Assembly (NCBI GenBank): GCA_025594325.1
Contig: JANHCV010000011.1
Span: 1,436,810-1,500,809, forward strand
Reading direction: 5' to 3'
Source: Blastocladiella emersonii ATCC 22665
Lineage: Eukaryota; Fungi; Blastocladiomycota
Length of the DNA: 64,000 nt
Both the position numbers and the translations under genes were made by a program. Of this stretch, positions 12,451 through 22,508 are shown in pieces. Numbering within the stretch: position 1 is the first letter of the stretch; each line of letters starts with the position of its first letter. A model generated the notes under the pieces. It was not told the origin of the DNA, ran no database searches, and saw only the letters and a program-made list of their open reading frames with translations.

Positions 12451-15257
12451 TCAGGGGTTGCACTCGATCCACTTGTCCATCCACTTGGCCGACGCCGTCA
12501 TGCCCACGCGCTCGACCACGTCCTGGATCCGCTGCCGGAACCCCGCGTGGTCGCACTCGATCGACTACACGTCGCGTAAAGCAGGTTAGCAGTTGCTCGC
12601 AATCCCGCACCGGCGAGCCGAACGTACCAGCTTAGCCACGTCGACGGTACACTCGATCCCGTCGTCCGGGAGCCGCACCACCACGGTCCCGTCGTCAGCC
12701 TCCTCGACGCTGTCGTAGCTGAGCGACAGGAACTCGAGCAGGTCGGCGCGCACCGCCGCCGCGAGGTCCTCGAACGTCGGCGACGGGAACGCGGTCGAGT
12801 CGTCCTCGCACGCGGGGATCGGGTCGAGCTGGTTGTCGGCAGCTGGCAGCTGCTCTGTCGCAGGAACGGTCTCGGTCTTGACTACGGCGGGCTCGGACTT
12901 GGCACCGTCAGTTGCTGCGTCATCGTTCGACGCCTCGCTGATGTGTACGTCGCCGTCGGCATCCACCGCGGGCTTGACATCGGCCGCAGGCGCCGCGCGA
13001 TGGTGGTGGCGGTGCTGGTGCCCGTGGCCGCACGTCTTGGACTGGCCCGAGCTCGTCACTACGCACGCGCAAAAGTCAGCTCCGCCCGCGAAACCCGGAT
13101 AATAAACCCAAACGTACTCTTGACAGCGACCGGCGACGACTCGACGTGCAGGAGGACGGCGAGGACCGAGTCGGCGATCACGTCGTTGACGGGGTTCCCG
13201 ATCCACTCGACAATCAGCTCGCGGCGGTTGCCCGGCGCGTACGAGACGGTGACCACGTCGCACACGCGCACCGCCGACTTGGACGGCTTGCCCTCGGGCG
13301 ACGCGACTTGTTCGAGGTCCTCGGGGAACACGACGCCGAGGTGCCACACGACGAGCTCCCACGTCGCCGACTCGAGCGGCACGTACTGGCGCATGTGGAT
13401 CGTCGCGGGCCGCAGGTCCGTGAGCTCGCGCAGCTCGTCGACGGCGACCAGGTGGTAGTGGAAGTCCTTGGCAACGACGAGGCCCTGCACGACGAGGCCC
13501 GCGGTCGACGACGAGGAGCCGTCGGAACCGGTGCCGCCGATCAGGCCCGTGGTGATCTGGCCGAGCGCGCGCGCGTACTTCTCGCCCTTGAAGTGCAGGC
13601 TGACGCGCTCGGCGTTCTTGGGCGCGTGGATCTTGGGCGCCGACTCGGGGTTCTCCTCCTGCTGCCACGCGGCGTGCAGGGCGTTGCGCAGGCGCGTCAT
13701 CATGTTGGTCTCGCCGTGGACGAGGATCAGGTGGGACGGGTGCACGAGGTTGATGAACTCGCGGTTCTGCGCATAGTCGACGTGCGCGCTGAACGAGATG
13801 TAGTCGATGGAGCACCGCACGGGCAGCTTGGACCCGCTGTACGACGCAATCTCGCTCGGCTCCGACAGAATGTGCTTGCCGAGGGTGCCCTCGACGACGT
13901 AGCCCGGGATAATGAGCCCGTTTTTCTTGTCGGGGCACCACATCTCGAGCAGCTCGCGCGACAGGCCGCTCTGCAGCATGGCGGGGGCCGCGAGCATGAC
14001 GCAGGGCCCGACGTCGTCGAACGAGGCCATGGAGCGGAGGTACGAGATGTGCTTGAAGACGAAGGGATTGTTGGTGGTGAACTGGCGGCGGATGTGCTCG
14101 TTCATCATGTTCATGTACGTCTGGTACACGGCCATGCACTTGCGCGCGAGGTTGGACGCGTAGTAGACGGGGATGTGGTGCAGCTCCGGGTGCTCGGCCC
14201 AGTACTCGTCGAGGATGAGCAGCAGCTCCTGGGCGCGGCCGAGGGCGAAGATCGGGATCAGGCACCGGCCACCGCGCGACACGATGCTGTGGACGAGCGA
14301 CGTGAAGCGGGCCTCGCGCTCGGTGCGCGGCGTGTGGTTCTGGACGCCGTACGTGGACTCGCACACGAGCACGTCGACGGCGTCGCGCGGCAGCTCGGCG
14401 CTCATCAGGTGGCGGTCCTCCTCGCGCGAGTAGTCGCCCGTGTACAACACGCGCACGCCGGCGATCTCGATCTGGAACATGGCGGCGCCGAGCACGTGGC
14501 CGGCGTTGTAGGCGGTGAAGCGCACGCCCTCGACCTCGACGACCTGGTGGAAGTCGATGGCTTCGATGCGGTCGTAGGCGCTCTGCAGGTCGTGCTCGTC
14601 GTACGGCATGTCGTCGGCCGACGACGCGGACACGCGCACGTAGTCGGACAGCATCCAGCGGAAGATGGCCTTGGTCGGGTGCGTCATGAACACGCGGCCG
14701 CGGAACGTGGTCTTCTCCATGAGGTACGGCAGCGACGCGCAGTGGTCGATGTGGAAGTGGGTGATGAGCACGAGGTCGATCTCGGCCGGGTCGATCTCGT
14801 CGAAGAAGGGGAGCGCGCCGAGCCCATTGTATGCTGGATGGGCGCCGCAGTCGAGCTACGCGTGGAAGCGGGGGGCGATCGTGTTACTGACGGGTCAACA
14901 CAGAAAGAGTAACGAAAGGGGACATGTATTGAGTCGAGGTTGGGGACAAGTGCGGTAGAGAGACGATACCATGAGAGTCTTCCCCTTGAACTAGAGTGGC
15001 CGATGCGTGGTTCGCGGCGGTTAGTCTGGTGCGCGACCGAGGCAGCAAGACGAGCATCGAACCTTAAGGACGTGGCACGAGCGGCCGACCTCGGACCCGG
15101 CGCCAATGGGCGTAAAGTACATCATCTCCTCCTCACGCATCCGGGCGCCCGTCGATGGTGGCGGCGAGCCGATGGCGGGCATGGGCTTCATGGGCGGGGC
15201 AGCAGGTAGCCCAGGTCCATTTGATGACATTGCGGTAAGTGGTTTCTTGATATCCAT
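12451..15257 (-). CDS. YSH1: mRNA 3-prime end endonuclease CPSF73/YSH1 (metallo-beta-lactamase/beta-CASP)
   Basis: PIGAGSEVGRSC, LDCGAHP, THFHIDHCASLPY, YNAGHVLGAAMF, ESTYG, FSAHVDY. Introns near 14856-15063, 13048-13122 and 12570-12625. Confidence 0.96.
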
Positions 15258-15478
15258 GGCGATGAGTGTCGGGGAAGACGTTGAAGGGAGCGCGAGGCGA
15301 CTCGACCTCGGAGGCGCGAAGTAGCGGAAAGTGAACACACGCGGCAATGACACGAGTGACGGGCCGTGCGGTGGTCTGGCAGGCAACGTGGCGCCGCCCG
15401 CGCCTTCCGGGGCACCGGAAGCGGAGCTGCCACCGCAACCAGTCCTCGCTCCCTCGGCTCGAATTCTAAATCAACACC

Positions 15479-17231
15479 ATGGTAACGCGAATGGATAACT
15501 CATGGAATTATGGCGAAACTTATCCGAGGGACCGGCGCCTGTAGTCGTCCCGTGTACCCGACGGCTGCACCCTCGTGAGGGCGCAGGACAGGCGAACGCT
15601 CGCGACCTTTTACGATGTCAGACCGGATTCTACCCTTGGTGCACCGTCGAAACAGCTGTGCGAACTGCTCGTCGGTTCTAATCACCCGTGTGGGTCTTCG
15701 CTGTGGAAGAAGCTGGGTGGAGTGCGACTGCGCGGGTGTATCGGCTTCCAGGTGGCCGAGGACGTCGTGTACACCTGTTCCAGCGATAGCGGACAGCTCG
15801 AATCGACTCCGGTACTCTTGAGCTCTCAATCCACGGACGTGCAGTCGCGCCCCGCCCCACTCATCATCAACGACCTCGGAAAACCGCCTTCTGCCTGGTG
15901 GGTCCCGACCCAACCGTGCACAAACGACATCTGCGGCCCCGGTCAGTCCTGGTACCAGCGCGCTATCTCGGAAAGAGCAGGCGCAGAAAGCTTCCTTCAC
16001 GGATGCCTCTTCGCCGATGCCAGCAGCACCGTTCCCTCTGCCTGCGTTTGGGCTTCACATCGGGAAAAAGACCCACGTGTCCTCTACTCTACGACCTGTA
16101 TCCACAACAATGTCAACTACACGACGCTTGAGAGCATTGTCGATGCGCTCGTTCCGGAAGTCAAACTTGCCGCGGCGCCCACTTCGCCCATGGCCCCCTC
16201 CGCCACGGACGATACCAACGGCTCGCTTTCACCGCCATCTGCCTCACCCACTCCCCAACCGAGCTCCAGCTCGGCCGTTCCCGTAATTGTGGCTTCGCTC
16301 GCTGGGGTACTTGGCCTCTTCGCGGTACGTGTCCCATCGCTGCTGCATGTGCTCCGAACTCACGGTATCAACGCCGTTCCTCTAGCTCGTCGCCCTCTTC
16401 TTCGCTTTCCTCCGTCGTCGCTCCAAAAAGGATGATGAGCGCCGCCGCCGCGCCGAGTCGCTCATGGCTGGCCCCATCAACGACTCGACCACCGACGACC
16501 ACACCGTCGTCAACGTTGCCGGATCGTCGCGTGCGGGTCCTGGCTCGTTGGCCGGCTCGCCCGCCGTGTTCGCTGGTTCACTGACCGGCTCGCCCGCCGT
16601 ACGTGCTGGTTCGCTGGCCGGCTCACCCGCCTTGCTCGCGAAACCGCTTCCCGCGACACCGTACTTTGACATCACCCAGCTCGACTCCATCATCGTGCCT
16701 TCCGCTGCGGTGCCGGTTTCGCCCAATGGCGATCTATTCGATGACAACTCGCTCCAGGTCCTCGCCGACGAGTGGGAATCGCTCTTCAACCGCCTCGAAC
16801 ACGTCGCAACTCGCTCGCTTCCGCTTACTACGCCGGTCTCGCCCCATGCTTCTGCCGAGGAGATGCTTGTGCGCACGGCCGAGTTCCGCGCTCGTCGCGC
16901 GCGCCACGTCGAGGACCTCTCGTCGGCCGTCTGGACGAGTCTGGCGCGACCGCCGCCCGAGGGCGACCGCTTTGGCCGCGAAGTGCTCGAGCTCGCGAAC
17001 GCCATGCGTGACGTGCTTGCCCGACTTCAGCCTCGGTACCCATCGATTGCCCTCGCACACGTCTTGGCACACTCTCCGTTGCAGACGCTCCCGCACACGG
17101 CCTACACCGTGTACTTTGACGCGTCCGGCTCGTCCGGCGAATCGGCGAACGTCATCAGCTGCCCGTTCCCTGGGTGGATCGACCAAAAGTCTGGCAAGGT
17201 CGTAATCCGCCCTCGCATCACCGTCGATTGA
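15479..17231 (+). CDS. Single-pass membrane protein with Cys-rich ectodomain, paralog 3 of the receptor-like family
   Basis: ATG at 15479 is followed directly by intron 15482-15544. The ectodomain has several Cys and Trp residues. TM VPVIVASLAGVLGLFA|LVALFFAFL is joined across intron about 16325-16384 and followed by RRRSKK. Motifs NSLQVLADEWESLF and PFPGW. Confidence 0.75.
16540..16635 (+). repeat. Three imperfect 33-bp tandem repeats encoding GSL(A/T)GSPA(V/L)xA
   Basis: AGPGSLAGSPAVFAGSLTGSPAVRAGSLAGSPALLA in the juxtamembrane cytoplasmic region. Confidence 0.8.
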
Positions 17232-17518
17232 CCTTCGACGCGCGCGTGCGCTTCGTATGTGTTCCTCACATAGAATAACACAGTTTTTGATTTTCTGTTC
17301 GTTCACATGAGGTCCTAGTTGTGCTCCCATAGTCAAGTCCATCCTTGGTACCATGACGGTATCCCCCGATTCGAAGGAACCCATTGATCTATTTTTCTCC
17401 GCGCACATCACGTTATAATCCGTCTGCCTTTGCGTCGCTTCTGAGAAACTAAGTACAGCGACCTCTAAGACCGTGAGTGTTCATCCCTGCCCCGAGCACT
17501 AGGAAATGATCGACGCGA

Positions 17519-17560
17519 GACGCGTCGCGAAAAGGCGTGACATCACGCGAAACGCGTCGG
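17519..17560. promoter_or_regulatory. Cluster of SCB/E2F-like (CGCGAAA) and MCB-like (ACGCGT) sites
   Basis: GACGCGTCGCGAAAA and CACGCGAAACGCGT upstream of the TmcB-like gene; the reverse-complement 15-mer also occurs at 9736-9750. Confidence 0.45.
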
Positions 17561-17823
17561 CATCGCGCGAGACGTGCGAGACATTTTCGCTTCACGCGTC
17601 TGGCACCGCTAGCCGGCATGGAACAACGGAGAACAACAAAGGTATCCCATGCAGCTCCTGGAAACCCCCTGGCAAGGCGTTTGCGATGGTATTCGAACGG
17701 TGTGCTGGGGGACGTCGTGCTACCGCGATTGCCCCGGGACTCTGCTTCTCCTGAGCGTCCTCGCTTTCTGATCGTCCTCCGGATCTCCTGTACTGCAATG
17801 CAACTTACCGCAAACTCTGCCCA

Positions 17824-20800
17824 ATGAATCCATCATCTATACCACGCGCGATGGGCGGTGGCGGAACGGCGGCCGATCGATCGAACTCGGGCGGCCAGCG
17901 AGTCAACGTCAAAAACGCGCTGCGCGTGAATGCCCTCGAGTCTTCGCTGTTCAGCGTCGCCTACATCACGACGCAGGACAACAACCTGTCCCCGCTACTC
18001 GAGTGGGCCATCACGGTCCGTTGTACCAGAGCCGGAAACCCGCCGATCGCCAACTCACACGCACGCCTTTAGATACTCGAGGATATCCAGCTCCTCTCCT
18101 TCTCGTGGTCAAAGCATCTTCATCATGAAATCCACTGGATTGTTCCGGCCATCGTCGAGCCGGTGCGCTTCCTCAACACCTACGCCAACTTCTCGGCCGC
18201 GAACGTTGTCGCACTCGTCGTGATTGCGCTCTTCGTGTCCCTCCTCGTCGGCGTGAGCTTGCTCATGTCACGACGCGTCAAGATTCCGACTTCCGTCCTC
18301 CAGTCGCTTCGTATCATTTCGCTCCTACTCATGACCGTGTGCAGCATCCCCGCCACGAGCCTGCTCGTCGGTGGCCTGCACTGCATCAACGGCGTCGTTC
18401 CCGAGTTTGGCGTCTCCTGCACGGGACCGACGCACCTTCCGCTCCTCGTCCTCGACATCCTCGCGTTCGTGGTGTTTTCGCCGCTGATCATCATCAGCAG
18501 CCTCGTGGTACGTCACATCTCTTCAATCCGGTCCCCAAACCCTGCTCACCCGCGCTCGTTTATTTGTTTTGTTTGTTTTTTGTAGTTCATTGATTCGTCG
18601 CCCACGAGCGAGAGCCCGCTGGCTCGTTCACACGGCCGACTCGACATGCAGGCCACCATGATACGGATCCTCTTCGTGTTTCTTGAATACTTTATGGCCG
18701 ACGTCGGCGACTGGGGTCCGTGGGTCTACATGATTCTCGTCACGGCCGGCCTGTACCGCCTTGCCTTCCAGTTCGCCCGCATCCAGCCCTACTACAACGA
18801 GCACATGACGTGTATGCGGTCCGGCTTCGCGTCCGCTGGCGCCACGTCGACGTTCGTGACCTTCACCATCCACCTGGCCGGCGAGCCTGACGGGGCCTGG
18901 GTCGCTGTCTTCCCGGCCGCCGCCGTCGGCTTCATCGCTGGTTTCGTCGCCTCGCGCTGGTACATTGCCCACTACTTCAGCCGCACCATCCAGCACTGGT
19001 TCCGCATCACTAAGGAGCAGCTCGGCTCCGCTCCGCCCAACCAGCCGCCGGTGATGAAGCGGCGGAGCAGCGTGGCGGGTTTCTTTGACGACTGGTATGC
19101 GTCGCACCCTCGGTCCAAGGTCGCGGCCAACGACATGCTTCCGGCCATGTCGCTCAGCCCGCCGACGCTCGACCACATGCCCAAGGCCAATGATTCGATC
19201 GACATGAACGGTGGCCGCGTGGTCAAATCGGCGCTCCTCGACGGGACGAGCATGGACGTGATCAACCTCGCCCGGCAACGGCAGCACAAGAAGCGCAGTC
19301 ATGTCTTTGACTCGCCCCTCCAGGTACGATCCCCGGTGCGCAACAATGTGGGCCCACTAACCTGACTCTCGTTCCTGCCGTGTAGGTCGAAGTCTGTGCG
19401 TCGCTGACCTTGGTACATCCACAACTCCGTGTTCACTCACGCACTGTTCCTGTTCCTTAGGCATTCGGTTTGTCCGATCCAACCCGACGCCGCAACAAGT
19501 CGCCCTCGGTCTGGAACTGCTCGACAGGGGACTCGAGGAGAACCCACGCGATCCTCTCCTCCTCCTTCAGGCCAGCACGTACTTTGCGTCGTTTTACGGC
19601 GTCGAGGGCCAGCTCGCGTCGCAGGAGCTCATGCGGCAGCTGCAGCAGAGTCGGCGATCGGTGCCGCTCGACGTCAAGTTCCAGCTGTTCTCTCGCGAGC
19701 GCTCGGCGCGCAGCCGCGGCGAAGGTATCCTCGACCAAACCGCGATCGAAGTACTTAGTCACCAGGCCCGCCTGTACCACCTGCGCGCCATGTACACGGT
19801 CCGCGACTTCTTCGAGTCGATCCGCGTCGCGACGTCCATCAAGCAGCTGTCGCGCGTCACGGCCCAGCTCGCCGAGTACCAGTACAACGCGTCCGAGTCC
19901 TACACGCGTCTTCTCGCCCGCAACTCGCGCGACAAGAACATCCTCCGCAGCTACGCCCAGTTCCTCACGCAGGTCGAGGCTGACACGGCTCGCGCGACGC
20001 AGATTCTCGAGTTTGCCGAGGAGGGTACGAAGCAACCGTGCTCCCACCACGTACGATCCGAATTACTCACACATCCCATCCGTTACTAGTCGAGGCCACC
20101 GAGGCCAGGCATCATTCGCGTCTCGACAACGGCGGTGGCGGGCTCGCGGGCATGGCCGGTTCGCCTTCCTCGCAGCTCTCGCCATCACCGCACGGCCTGT
20201 CGCCGATGCACGCGCTCAACCTGTCCGCCGCCCAGGACGATCAGTCGCCCATGGCGCCCATCAAGGCCGACCCGGAGCTGCACCTCGCCAACGGTCGCCA
20301 CATGACCGTTTCTGAGACGTCGCTCTCCGCCAACTCGCCCGACTCGACCAGACGCGAGCGCCGTGTATCGTCGGGCCCCGTGTCGTTTGACGACGCGCTC
20401 AACGCCGTCGGCAAGGCGCCGCTCAACCGCGTGCCGTCCGAGGCCCCCATGATGCGCGACGATAGCTTTCCGGGCGGTCCGCCGGGCGCGCCGCGCGTTG
20501 TCCTCGGCGGCGGATCGCAGACTTCGGGCACGTCGGCGAGCCGCGCGCAGCGACAGCGGATCCAGGCGCGCCGCGTGCTGACGGAGCGCATCGCCAAGCC
20601 GCTCGGGCGCGCGTGGGAGGTGGTCGGGTCGACCGCCGTCTTCCTCGGCTGCCTCTCGGCGGGCTTCGTGATCTGCCTCAACTTCCTTCAGCAGACGGGC
20701 GTGGTCCTCGACCGATACACGACGATGCGGTCCGCGCGCACCGCCATGCTCTTGATTGTCGAGGCGATGCGCTCGATGATCTACGCGTCGTATACCAACA

Positions 20801-22411
20801 GTCCGGTGCGGTACCAGGCGGCCCTCAAGACGCTGAACGTGTCGGGCCTCCAGCCCGCTTTCCAGGTTCTCCCGTCCATGGCGCAGTGGACCGCCAAGTG
20901 GACCGTCCAGCCGCCCGTGTACCGCATGATGAAGTCGATCGTCATGGGCAACACCACCGACTACGTCCCGCTCGACATGATGCCGATGGACGCCTTCAAG
21001 GCCGTGATCCAGGCCGGCAACCGCGCCATCAACTTCACGGCGCCGCTCTCGCTCACGTACCTCGAGTTCAACTCCAACGCCGACACGCGCTTCATCGCCG
21101 AGAACATCTTCAACGTATTCGACGCAGTCCGCACCCTGTCGCAGTCCATGGTCGAGTACCGCCTCCTGGTCGCCAACTCGTTCTCGGTCATGATGACGTG
21201 CCTCGGAGTGACGCTGGTCGCGCTGGTCGCGCTGGCCGTCGTCGTCTACTACTTTGTCTTCCACCAGTTCTTTGCGCGCGAGGACCGTGTCCTGCAGCTC
21301 CTGCGCGCGCTGCCCAAGCGCGCCGCTTCGACCATCGTCACGTCGCTCGAGGAAGAGATCGAGTCGTTCCGCGAGGTCACGGACGGCGGCGACGACGAAC
21401 TCAGCAACCTCGACGTGCGCGCTGTCAGCATCGACCGCGAGACGGGCGCCGCGCAGCCGCATCGGTCCCGTTATTATCTGTTTATGACCGCCGCCGGATC
21501 GCTGCTCGTCGGTCTCGCCGTCCTCTTCATGTTCCTCGTGACGCTGCAGTACGCTTTCTTGTTGCCCCCTCTGCATCGCCTCCAGTTGACCAACTGACAC
21601 GCGTGTTCCTCAGATCGACCTCGGTGCAGATGGACATGGACCGCCTGATCAAGACCAGCGACCGACGACTCTTTGTGATTTCGGTCCGGATCATGGGGAA
21701 CGAGTTCCTGATGCCGGCCGACCAGGTCCTGACCGCCGGTGCGTCACGCTCGGTCAAGTACGCTGTCCGAGCTTTGCTGACCTCCCGCTCGCCCATGTAG
21801 ACATGGGGCTGCAGTACTGCCGCAGCGGCCTCTACGACTTCAAGACCCTCCACACTGCGCTGATCAACGATCCCGACGGCCTGTCCACCACGTTCCCGTC
21901 CATGACGGTGTTCCCGCGCGATTGGAGCAAGCCGCCCGCCATCGTCGAGCAGCCGGACATCGGGTTCACCAAGGCGACGGCCTCGGTCCCGCTCAACCAG
22001 CAAATGGACCAGTTTCTCGACGTGGCCACGCGGGCGGTCAACGGCATGGCCCTCGGCCTGAGCAACGACCCGACCCAGCGCCGCGATTGGGCTCTAGCCA
22101 CGGCGCTGTCGTACGACGTCCAGAACCGGCTCATCGACCTGCACACGGCGATCCGCGACGTCATGGCCAACACGGTCGCGACCACCGTGGCCCAGTGCAT
22201 CACGATGTTCGCCGTCACGCTGGCCGTGCTGGCCGTGTGGGCCGCGGCCGCGGCGTGGTTCGGCGCGCGACGGCTGCGGCGCGAGGCGAGGACGCTGGCC
22301 ACGCTCCTGTACCTGATCCCGCCGGCTATGCTCAAGGAGGTGCCCGAGGTCGCCAAGCTCATCGACTCGGCGGGCATCACGCTCGAGTTCTCCTCTGGCC
22401 GCGTCGACTAG
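17824..22411 (+). CDS. Large polytopic membrane protein of the TmcB/TmcC (tiny macrocysts) type
   Basis: N-terminal multi-TM block (LEDIQLLSF, HGRLD), TPR-like segment (YTRLLARNSRDKNILRSYAQFLTQVEADTARATQIL), low-complexity linker with QTSGTS, then TM-ectodomain-TM modules. About seven introns; exon boundaries are approximate. Confidence 0.7.
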
Positions 22412-22508
22412 CTCACGCAGAAGGTGTGATAGATGTAAGGCAATAGACAAAATTCTAACATTCACTCGTTCGTAATACCGCTCTCAACACCGACCAGCAA
22501 CAACTAAC

